Assembly: GCF_035594765.1 (NCBI RefSeq)
Contig: NW_026943821.1
Coordinates: 248,001-312,000, forward strand
DNA: 64,000 nucleotides
Direction of reading: 5' to 3'
DNA from: Anolis carolinensis
Taxonomy: Eukaryota
The position numbers and the translations under genes are program-made. The notes under the pieces were generated by a model. The model ran no database searches. It was not told the DNA's origin and saw only the letters and a list, made by a program, of their open reading frames with translations. This document shows, in pieces, positions 53,400 through 64,000 of this stretch (position 1 is its first letter; each line of letters begins with the position of its first letter).

Positions 53400-54200
53400 G
53401 TGGCCCCGCACGCCCCTCCCAGGCCGCATCCTCTCCCCGCTTCCCGCTCCTCCCTCCGGCACTCACTCACCGCCTCCTCCCGGCTCCCACGCAGACCCGG
53501 GCCCACCGCGTCCGCGCCCTCCTGCCTGCCTTCCCCGCGTTCGGCCAATCAGCGCCCTCGATACTCAAGAGGCGCTTCGGCTCGCCGCAGGCCTGAGACG
53601 TCACGGCGGCGCCTTCCTGGGCGGGGCCAGAGCGAGCCGGAGAGCGGCAGCCCCGTGGCCCCGCCCAACCGCGAGGGAGGGCTCTGCGCCCCTCGCCCCG
53701 CCCACCCGCGGCGCTGCTCCTCCGCCTATTACGTAAGTCCCGCCCTCTGGTTACTTAACCACAGTCGTCTCCTTGGCGACGCCCACCTCGCTGACGTCAA
53801 CGTCCCAGGCGGGAGGAGGGTGACGCCGCGGCGCTGTTGTTGTCGGGTTGGGGAGGCTCCGCCCCCTCACGTGGCGCACGAGGCCACCAGCGTGCCGTCC
53901 GCGTGAGCGAGCCGTAGGGGAGGGCTGCCGGCAGGCGCATGCGCGGCTAGGCCGCCCGCGACGCGATCGCGGAGCCCGAGGAAGGAAAAGGACACACAAA
54001 CAGAGGTTCGGCGCATGCGCGGGGGAGGGGGCCTGAGCCGAGACGAGGCTGGCGCAGGCGCAGAGGCGTCGACGGGACCAGACAGACCAGAAGGACGGCG
54101 CAGTGAGGAGGACGAAGAGGTGGGCGCCGGCTGGGGGGGGGGGGGGGGGAGAGGGGCACAGGCCTTTGGCGGGGGGGGGGGGGGGGCGGCACTGGCCTTC
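53400..54200. promoter_or_regulatory. Bidirectional CpG-island promoter shared by ZNF526 (-) and DEDD2 (+)
   Basis: CRE TGACGTCA at 53792-53799, TTACGTAA at 53729-53736, E-box CACGTG ~53868, two NRF1 GCGCATGCGC (~53935 and 54011), CCAAT and GC boxes. Probable DEDD2 exon-1 donor GAG|GTGGGC at 54119. Confidence 0.75.
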
Positions 54201-55165
54201 ATCCACAGGAAAGGGCCGAGGGAGGCCGGCAAGAGAAGGAAGGGGCCCGGGGTGGGGAGGGCGCCTGGCTGCGGAGGAGGCCTCGCTCGCCTTGAGGAGC
54301 CCCCCTCCCCCCACACACACAGGGAGAGAGACGGGGGGAGGGAGGGGAGGCTCATGGGGAGGGAGGGGCGGAGGCGGCACCCCCTGCCTCCCCCCTTCTC
54401 CCCCCCTCCCCCCCCCCCCCGCCCGGCTCCGAGGCTCCTTCGGCTGCTGCCCCCTGGCGGCTGGTGCGCGCTCGTCCTCGGGCGGAAGAGGAGCTGGGAT
54501 GGGAGGGAGGGAGGGAGGGAGGAAGGAGCCGCCTCTTCCGGGAGGGAGGGCGAGGGGAGCCACCCCCCCCCCACCCCTCACGTAGGGCGGCCAGGGGCCC
54601 CTCCCGCGCCCTCCGGCAGGTGGCCCTCCCTCCCTCCGCTCCCTCCGGCCCCTCAGGAGGGGCTCTTTCCTCCCGGGCCCCCTTCTCAGGCTCCTCCTCT
54701 CCCCCAGCCATTCCGTGTAGGCCTGCCTTGGCTTCCAGACCCCCGGTGCCCGTGCCCACAGCGGCGTTTCCCGGAGCTGGGCCCCGCCCTGTCCCAGGGG
54801 AAGAGGCCTGGCAAAGCGGGGGCCGCCGTGACCCCCCTCCGCCCCCCTGGCCGCCTGAGCAGCCGCATCCTGGCGCCCGTGACTCAGGCTCAGCTTGGGG
54901 CCTCCGCAGAAGGCTCCCAACTCCCTTTCCCCAGGACTGCCCCCAGGCCCAGCCTATCTCTGCATGTTGCCTTTGCGTGGCCCAAGCATAGCGCTGCCAG
55001 TGGCTTTGAGATCCCTGAACGCTGCCATTTCTTCCATTGCAGGCGCTTGTCTGTCGCACCCGCCTAAAGCCCCTTCCGCGCAGCACAAGTGCTCCCCGGA
55101 CTTCCTTGCCAGGCTTCGCCGCCTCCTCCTCCTCCTCCTCGGCCTGTTGGAAGCCCTCCACCCCG

Positions 55166-58100
55166 ATGGCAGACTCCCGGCGGCCCCTGTTTGCGCACTC
55201 CTGGGAGGAGGAGGAGTGCCTGGAGTACTACGGGATGCTCCCCCTGCACCGCATGTTCGAAGTGGTGGGGGCCCAGCTGACCCAGAACGACGTGGAGGTG
55301 CTCTCCTTCCTGCTGGACGAGACGCAGCCCTGGCGCCACCCGCTGGACCCAGAGCTCTGGGCGGTGGCGGCCGCGGGAGAGGGGGCCGCAGAGACCGCCT
55401 CTCGCACCCTCCAGGACTGGAGGAAGAAGCAGCAGCAGCAGGGGGCCCCGGGCCCCATGGAAGGCGGCCTCGAGAGGGCCGGGGCCGGGGGGTGGCCCAA
55501 GGACGGCGTGCGGCTTCTCTTGGAGCTCGAGCGGAGGGGCAAGTGCGACGAGACCAACTTTGTGCATCTTCTGCAGCTCTTGCGGGTGCTCACCAGGCAC
55601 GACCTCCTGCCCTACGTCACTCTGAAAAGGCAGCGGACAGGTACGCAGCCACTCGGGCAGGCAGGAAATGACTCAACCTTTGACTTGCTGGCAGGGCTTA
55701 TTACCGTAGTGTAGCTCTTCCTTTGGTGATGGCTTAATTCTAGCTTGCAGACCAACTGTTATCCAAATAGGATGGAGGAATTCCATGACAGAGCTTGCAC
55801 ATTTCACAGTTCTGGGTGTTACACTCCGCTCTGGGCTTGTTTGGCAGAAAGGCGCTGCAGACTTGTATCTGTGCTGCTCCCTGTTGGAATTAGCATCAGC
55901 TCTGTTTGACTCCTGTAACTCTTTCCCTCCCCTAGTTTCTCCTGAGAGATACACTTATGGTCCGTCTGTCCTGTCATCCGACCAGCAGGTGGACAATTGC
56001 CTCAATTCAGCCTCTGCAGAGCCTCAGAGCGATCAGTGGGAGACAGGTGCGTGTTGGGAACGGGTGGCATGCTTTTGTCCCTTTTGCGTCTTCCTTTCCC
56101 CCTTCTCTACCCAGCAGTCCCATTTTCATGGAGCTCCACGAGCAACCTGTTTGTCTTCTGTGCTCTAGCCGCTCCTTGTGTCTGTTTGGTAAAGGGGACG
56201 TTTTCTGGGACCAGGGACAATAATCAAATGGAACCTGAGTTGCAGTCACTGGGTTGTGATGCACCAAGAAACTTCCAGTGTCCCTTCTTCTGTTTCCTCT
56301 AGGCTCCAGTTCCAGCAAAAGGAAACGAGTCAGCAGAGGCCGGGCAAAGTCTGCTCCTCCCCGCAGGCGGCGGGGAGCCAAAGGGCCTTCTGCTCCCAAG
56401 CAGGAGGTCCAAACGCCAACCAAAGTGACTTGTGGTAAGTGTCTGCCTGGCCCGCGCTGTGCTCTTTGGGCTCCCTCGAGTCTTCCACTATGCCCACAAG
56501 CCCCTTCCAAGTAATATGCCACGAGCTGCTTGGGTCTCTGTTAAGGGAATGGTCAGGTGTTCTTCTCCTCTGGCTGGAGCCAAAGCAGGGCTGGAGGGGT
56601 GGCAGGGAGGAGGGAGAGGGGGAGGGGGAGGCCTGGTGCACATCTCTGCCACAAAAGGCCTCCAGTAGCAGGGCAGGGAATGTGGTGGCTGGCTTGCATT
56701 GTTAGATGCAGCTGGACTCCACAGAGCTCCAGTCCACTGGGATCATGGGAATTTTAGTCCCACTCTTTGAGGCTAAGTTATTTTCAATTTCTAGTATGAT
56801 ATGACTTGTTACTATGGTTCCTATTAATTTTTCAAATGACCACAGTCTTATTTATAAATGTGAATTTTATCACTCACCCGTGATAGATAACTATATCAGA
56901 AAACAATTGTCCAGAGTGTATTGCATGAATCCAGAAGCTTTATAAAGAAGGGAAAGGGTGCCTTCAGATTGCCAAATCCTGGGAAAACTGGAAGCTTTTA
57001 ATTCCGTGCACTAGGGTGCTTAAAGAACTGGTCTTGGAGAGAGACGGCCTTTGCTACTTTGATGTTGCTTTCTGTAGAAATCGGAGGCGACTCAAGGTGG
57101 CTAATCTGATCTTGTTCTGTTCTTGCAATCTGCCATTTTTCTGGTTTGGTAATTTCAGATTAAATTATTTTCCAGCTATTGAATTGAAGCTAATCACAAT
57201 TAAATAAAAAATTCTAAAGAAATGGGTGCTGGATAGGGAACGTGACAAGATATGAAGATTTTTCACTGCTTCAGGTCATGTCTGGTAGAATAAAGATACT
57301 TAACTAGAAAAAGAGACAGCTACCAATTAAGACAATTTTTGAAAAGAGAAATTCGGAGTAATTCTGCAAGACGCACCATTTACCACAGCCTTTGCATGGA
57401 TATTATTAAAGAGGCAATGAAACTTACTGTGTTGTAATCCTTAAGCTGTGGCCAGGGCCGTAGCCAGTTTACTCATGAATTTTAACTGGTTAACCAATTT
57501 ATGAGTAAACCACCAGTTTTTTTACCTGACACATTTTGGGGGTGGTGGTGAAATTTTACCCCCCCCCCCCCCCCGGCTACGGCCCTGGCTGTGGCCATGT
57601 AGCTGCAGTATCCCATGTACCTCTCAATATAGTTTGGAGGCTCACCACCATGTTGATACTGCACGGTTTTATCATTGACCCTCTTAAAGTGGATTTTTTC
57701 TTGTAATTTGGTTCATCATACTGACTTCTGGAACTGGACTTTGCTTAAAAACCCCAACTCTTTGAAGGTTTCAGCTTGCCTAGTTAAATTATATTCAAAT
57801 TTCTGCCTTATACTCAGTTGTCTGTCTCAAAGACCAGCATCTGTCATTTATTCCTGCATTGCTAGGCCTTTTCAGTTATGTATTTCCTGAACATAGAGAA
57901 ATTGTGAAATCTGCTTGTAGACTGTTGTGTGAGACGGTCCACACACAGCTTTTACAGTTTCCTCAACTTGGGAGCACTTTTTGTTTCCAATGGACAGCAT
58001 TTGAAGAGGTCTGTGGCAAGGAGGTGGGTGCCTAGGGCCAGCGTAGGGTCCCCACGTAGCTCAAATGTGCTGCTTTCTTTGTCTCAGTGCAATGCAAATG

Positions 58101-61100
58101 AAACAAAAGCGAATACACAAAAACGCTTGTCTTACCGTCTGACCAATTTACAGGCAAAGGGGTTCTAACGAAGAAGGTTCAAAAATAATACAATGAGTGT
58201 CAAAACTGCAACTTCAAGGTGCAGCTAAGGCTTCTGCCGGGTAGGTGCAAGGATCGAACTGTAAGCTCCATTCAACACTAGTTTGTTGCCTGTATTCCTT
58301 GTCCTGTTCCCTTGCTTCCCTGGGGCAGAACTGGAGGCTCGTGGGACGTAGGCAGCTGCTTTCCCATAATGGGCTTCATGTCCAACAATGGCCCTGAATG
58401 GCGGGGAGGGGGCCGGCTCCCATCTCCCTCCCAGAGTGCAGTCTCACCCTGCAAAAGCTAGGCCTTGGCTACTGAAGGGGGAAAACATCCACATCCACAA
58501 ATGGTTTTTTGTTGCTGCTTGCTTTCTGCCAATTCTTTCTCAATCCACCATTTAAATTCCAGGTTGCTAAGCAAAAGTTGATGATAAAGAGACTCTGTCT
58601 CTCTTGTGCACTCTTCTCACAGAATGGTCTCGCAAAGGTAAATGAATCCATGCACCCAAATTTCCACCACTTCTTTGTGAAGCAAAACTGTTTTAACTAT
58701 GTGCTGCATTGCCTCATTCTGGAGCAGGTCCAGGCTCCCTCCTTCCCCGTCTCTCTCCTGCATGCCGGCCCAAAGGCACTCCAGAGGTTCCTGGGGGCAG
58801 GGTTGAGGGCAGGGGGGCCACTCCAGACCGGCACGGCAGGGGGCTTGTGCCGCAAACCTCCAGCAGGGCCCAGTGGAAGCAGGCGGGGGGCACGCAGCTC
58901 CAGGTTGCTGCCCAGGGAAAGACCTTGCTCAGCACTCCAGGCCAGGAGCCAGTTGCTCCCATAAGAGGGATCGCCTCGGCTGTGCAGGCGGAGCTCCTGC
59001 TGCTGCAGATATCAGGCCATGATGTGTTTTGGGCTCCTTTCATAATAGTCTCTTTTGCCAGAGGCAGAACCAGGCACTTCAGACGCTACTGTTGGTTCTC
59101 TCTTGGCCAGTCAAAGCCTAACACTGGCAGATGCCCATCTAAGCAGTTAATAACTTTGAGAACGGCCACCCTTCTTGTCCCGAAACACAATAGTTGTGCT
59201 GCTATTCCATGTCCAATAAACCCATTGTGAGGTTGAATGCAGCCCTGTGTTGGTCTCTGTGCCACTTGGTTCTCCAGGGAGCAGATGGTCTGCCTCCTCA
59301 CAGTCCGTATTTGCATGTGCTCGGTCTGGTATCTGCAGCAGCCTGTAGCAGCCAAAACCTAGAAGAAAGACAGTGCAGGTCCTTTGCATCTCTTTGTATT
59401 TTTCTACCATATTGAAACTCAGGATGATTTCTTGATGTTGCCATATGCTGAAAGTCTTGAACCACCTTTCTCTCGGTCTACAGTGGAAATCCATCCCTGG
59501 AAAAGCATACATATTGGCCCAGGCAAGTGGGCCACGTACCAGACAGTGGCAAAAAATACCCAGACAAAACTAAAAGCAAAGCCTAAAAATGCTCATGATT
59601 ATTACTTCTGCCTCCTCAATGCTTCTCCTGTATTAAAAGCGGCCCTGCATCTGGACACTTGGCCTTGGACTCTGGGACTGCTTGCCTTCAGCACAAGGGG
59701 CGAGGAGGCCTTGTCCTGCAGCTCAGTGCTCTGATGGGTTTTTCTGCCCTGTGAAAGTTAATCTTAGTGACAAGTGGTTGGGGAGGGAAGAAGAGGCAAA
59801 ATTGTGCTCTAAAGACCAGACATTGTGGGTCTCTTTTCTGGAAACTGCTCATTACTTTTTACTGAATCCTCTCATTTTGGTTTGTAATAATGCTCAGCCT
59901 GTGTTACGGGGATTGTACGGATGATGAGGTGACAGGCCTCATTCTCTGAAAACATCCTACTTGCGTGGTAATGCACTTGAGGTTCCTTCTTCAGTCTTGC
60001 TGCTTTGATTCCAAACTCGGGGAAATCCGTTTTGGGAAGAGCATCTCACAGAGGGCTTGCTGACCTGTTTTCAGGCTGCCTCCATTTGCAAACAGAGTGA
60101 CCGCAGTGGGATTGTTTCACTGGAACTGAGGCCTGGAAGTGCGTTGGGGTCAAAGGCTCAGTGGTGTTTCTGCTGCCGCCACTACTGCTGTTCTTGCCAA
60201 TGTTGGTCCCATTTCTCATCTGATATAGCTGCTCAGGGCAGGCATGACTGCTGGCTGGGAAAGGCCACTTCCCATTTTGTACACAACAGTTGTGCAGAAA
60301 CCCTCTCTTGACCACCATGCTCCCAATGTGTTTTGACACAAAATCCGAGCTCACACCCTGCAGCCTTGCCCTATCTTCAGGGGGAAAATGTTTCCAGTTG
60401 CTTCAGAGCCACATTGGTTGGTGACACAAGGGGTGACAGTATGATGATGCAAAATCTGACAGCTGTGGTATTACCATGTGCTCCAGCACATTGTTGATAC
60501 AGGAAGGCGGATGAGCCGTTCTGTTTTCTCAAAATTGTCTAGCTAAACCATGGGATCAACAGTCCGTACCTGAATTATATTCAGTGATAATCAAAAAGGA
60601 AGCTTTAAACTGTGTGGCATGTGACCAGGTGGTGGGCCTGGCTTGTGAGCACAGTCTTCAGTTGGGGCCAGCAGCTGGACTCCTTGGCCAGCTGGCCCCA
60701 TCAGAAAGGTCTCAAGGGGTGTCTCTGCCCTAAACTGAAGGCTCCCAGCACTTGGAGCCTTTTATCTCTTGTGTGGGTGGCAGTGCTCATATGAGAAGCA
60801 CCTTTTTCTTATTTGCCTGGACTGAATTGCTGTCCTTTCCTGCCACGGAATAGAAAACCTGAGACAGCCTTTCTGTTGCCCACCTGGAAAGGCGGTTTCT
60901 GAAGGTTTAGGCCCAGCACTTAGTGCCTGGGATGCCACCCATTGGGCCAGAGGGGGCCAGCCAGCCAGCCAGCTGGGGTGGATGGGACGGGATGGGCTCA
61001 AGACCCTTCAAAGTTGCGGGTAAAGGGCTGTGACTGCACTCTTGAGTTAATGCTTCTACAGGTGATGACCACAAGACACAGAGAAATTAAACCTGACGGC

Positions 61101-62410
61101 CTTGTTGAGCGTATGTAACATACCACCTGCCTCACTTTTTCAATGTATCCTGCTTTGTATTTGTTCTATTATTCCCTCCCTTTTGAACCTTTCAATATTT
61201 TGACTATGATGCTGATACATTTTGGGCCTCTGAAACAAATAAAATCTGTCCTGCTTCCACTCCCCATAGTTACATCTGAACTTCACTAATTTTGAGAAAG
61301 TCATTCACATGGCAGTAAAACCTCATTCGCCACATGTTGTGTCCCCTGTGGCTAAAACCCATGAGTTTTTATGCAGAGGAGTTAATCTGCCTCTCAACCG
61401 GCAGCTTTAATTTTGGGTTTCCTGTGTGTTTCTTCCATGTCCAGAGAGGGGAGAGGTCAAGCCTAGGTGGAAGAAAGGCCTTTATTTCGATAGCAGTAAC
61501 AACCAGGACTCCCTGGTAGAGGTTACTTTTAAGATTCTGGTTTGAATGTATCTTAAGGGCTTCTGAGGAGCCACTCCGCTGGCTCCATGCATTAGGCCAA
61601 ACAAGCCTGGAGTAGATTGAGCAGGAGCGAGGCCAGGGGTTTCTCGGGGGCTGGCCCTTAAGAGGGTGGATGCGCCTATAAGCCTCTCTTTGGTTGGTGT
61701 GTTGCACGAAGGAGTTGTGGCATGGCGGGAGGCATTAGTGAAGTTCAGCTCTAACTTGGTGCCACACCAAAAGTTGGAAGCAGTTTGAAACCACAAGTGC
61801 GGACACCCCTCGCTGGGACGGACCATCTCAAGGGACCTGAGCTTTTTGGGCCACCTGGATGGCCTGGAACTTCAGCTTGGTTGATTTTAAATTCGGCACC
61901 TGGTCAGGGTTGTTGGGCAGCTGCATGAGTCTGTATGTTTGTCTCTGTCTCCCATGTGGGACCCCCAGCTCTAACACTTCTCTCTTTTTCTTCCCTTTCC
62001 CCCTCTCTTTCTCTCTGTTTCATATGTCTTGCTCAGACATCCGGCTCCGTGTTCGTGCCGAATACTGTGAGCATGATTCTGTCTTGCGGCAGAACGTGAT
62101 GTCGAACAAGCAGAACCGTTTGGAGCGCCAGTTCGATGTCTTTGGGCAGTCCAACACCATCCTCAAGTCCCGTGACCTGGGCTCCATTATCTGTGACATC
62201 AAGTTCTCAGAGTTGTCTTACCTGGATGCCTTCTGGAGCGACTACATGAATGGCTCACTGCTGGAGGCCCTGAAGGGTGTCTTCATCACAGAGTCCCTCA
62301 AAGAGGCTGTGGGCCAGGAGGCTATCCGGCTACTCGTCAACGTCGACGAGGACGACTACGAGGAGGGCCGGCGCCTCTTGCTGGAAAGCGTCATCCCGCA
62401 GGCCTGGTAG
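55166..62410 (+). CDS. DEDD2: DNA-binding death effector domain-containing protein 2; coding exons 55166-55640, 55936-56046, 56303-56434, 62037-62410 (363 aa)
   Basis: WEEEECLEYYGML.LHRMFEVVG DED start, RHDLL motif, VSPERY, basic NLS KRKR...RRRR, KVTC/DIRLRVRAEYCEH...SRDLGSIICDIKFSELSYLDAFW. Phases are consistent (1092 nt). Synteny. Confidence 0.94.
57453..57587. mobile_element. 135-bp hAT-type MITE in DEDD2 intron
   Basis: TIR CAGGGCCGTAGCC / GGCTACGGCCCTG with 8-bp TSD GCTGTGGC (57445-57452 and 57588-57595). Confidence 0.8.
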
Positions 62411-63708
62411 TGCCAGCCTGCAGGAAATGTAGGTAGGTTCCCTCCAGAGCAGCCTGTGTGGAGCTGTGTCAATTTCTAAAGATCCCTTACCATCAGTCGG
62501 TTTCCTGTATTTTCCAGCGGCAGTTGTGGGTTCATTTGGCTCCAGAAATTGGACATGAACTTTCCAGAGGGTCCTGGGACTTGGCTGAGGCTGTCCCATT
62601 GTAGGACATCACTTGTGAGCATGAATGAGGCCACACGGTCTTCTTCTCTTCATGTTGTGGTTTGTCCTGCCTGAATCATAGATGGAACTTAGTGGTTCCT
62701 CCTGTTTCCATTTTCAGGCAGACTGCATCCTACTGTTACTGTTTTTTAAAGACATGTCTGTTTCAAATATAACAATGGATAAGATAAACGCAACAGGGCT
62801 AGAAAAGTAACACATGGCTAGACTCTGCGGGCCTCAGGAGGTTAGAGGCTTGAAAGGAAGGTCCTCTGCCTGGCACCTGAATGTGAGTAGAGATCTCCGT
62901 GTGGGCCGTGCCCTACTGAACATGCTCTTCTTCTCTTGCAGAGGATTTCACTTTCACTCCCCCGTTTCCACGTGGCTTCTCTGCATAAGACATGGACTTG
63001 AAGGGGAGGGGAAGGACTTCAAGGAAAGGACTCTTCATCCCGTTGGGAGGCAGGGCTGGATCCTGACCACGATGGGGCTCCTCTCATAGAAACTAAAGGA
63101 CGAAAAGGGCTGCAGGGGTGGAGGAGGGTCTCAGGCTGCATGGGTGTGGGGTGCCCCAGCAGCAGTGCCAGCCATCCCAAGCTGAAGGGGGCATCTTGGG
63201 GAGACTGTCTTGTCCTGATGAAGCTTAGAGGGGTCTCAGGCCCCTTGGCATCGGCCGGTGTGTCCGTGGTGCTTGTTTTTGTGGTGGTGGGTTTTTGCCA
63301 GTTCTCTTGCAGAGGTGGGCAGCACTCATTTGGCAGAGCTGCAGGCTGGTAACAAAGCACTCTGTGTTAACCATTCCTTTTCTTTAAAAAGGAGAATAAC
63401 CTTATTTCCCTCAGATCTGATTTGGGGGCAGGCTTTCTTCCCTTTGTTAGGAATACAACCAAGGACTGTAAAGGCGGACATGAGTCACTTTTCAGCTTTG
63501 TGGCTCTTTGTATATAATATAAATAGGGTTTTAAAAAAGGTGGAGGATCTGTTATTGCAGCATCTGCGGGTAGAGGAAACTACTTAGCTGAAATGCGGAA
63601 GGCCAGAGGCCAGAAGTGTGTAATTTAAAAAGTCGTATTTTTTTACAGAAAAATGAGAGACTTTTGGACAAAATTCTTTATGTGTTGTATTTGCAAATGG
63701 ACAATGTT

Positions 63709-63714
63709 AATAAA
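63709..63714 (+). terminator. Probable DEDD2 polyadenylation signal
   Basis: AATAAA about 1.3 kb after the stop codon, following an AU-rich stretch. Confidence 0.55.
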
Positions 63715-64000
63715 GAAGACTATTTGCAGCACCTGGGGTTAATTCTTCATTTCTAGCAAGAGCGGACACAACTGGCATCCAGGGGAAGGGCCCTAGATTG
63801 TTTCCCCCCAAATGCCCCCAAGGGGGAGGGCAGTGTGTTTTTGCCATACACATGTTGGTCTTTCCGGAGATATTATTGGGCCCAGGAGAGGCAGGCATTT
63901 CAGCCACAGGAAGTCACTTCTTGTTCCAAAAAGGCTTCTCCTGGGCCTAAAGGATGGTCTGTGTGTGGTAAAAATGCACTAGAGAGCATTTGTGGCCAGG

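Noticed and set aside
50470-53736. 1088-aa plus-strand ORF
   Set aside because: Antisense shadow of the GC3-rich ZNF526 exon; no recognisable domain.

Overview
Vertebrate genomic DNA, almost certainly a squamate and most likely an Anolis lizard, judged from Sauria SINEs, BovB/RTE, Penelope, SPIN, OC1-like hATs and Dong/R4 fragments. It is a GC-rich block syntenic with human 19q13.2. It contains the large N-terminal coding exon of capicua long isoform (CIC-L, minus strand, runs off the left edge), ERF (+, 4 coding exons, 568 aa), GSK3A (+, 11 coding exons, 486 aa), ZNF526 (-, single coding exon, 877 aa, about 22 C2H2 fingers) and DEDD2 (+, 4 coding exons, 363 aa). There are CpG-island promoters at about 5.4-7.3 kb, 21 kb, 41.4-42.5 kb and 53.4-54.2 kb, dense nested transposons and one assembly gap. 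The strongest leads are: phase-compatible alternative first coding exons for GSK3A (removing the inhibitory N-terminal serine) and for ERF; loss of the ERF Thr526-type ERK site; a candidate divergent transcript upstream of CIC with a C/D-box-like segment and a 41-aa hydrophobic microprotein ORF; a Penelope hammerhead motif; and a four-level nested transposon. I found no clearly new multi-gene system. Gene and repeat names come from recalled sequence similarity, not database searches.
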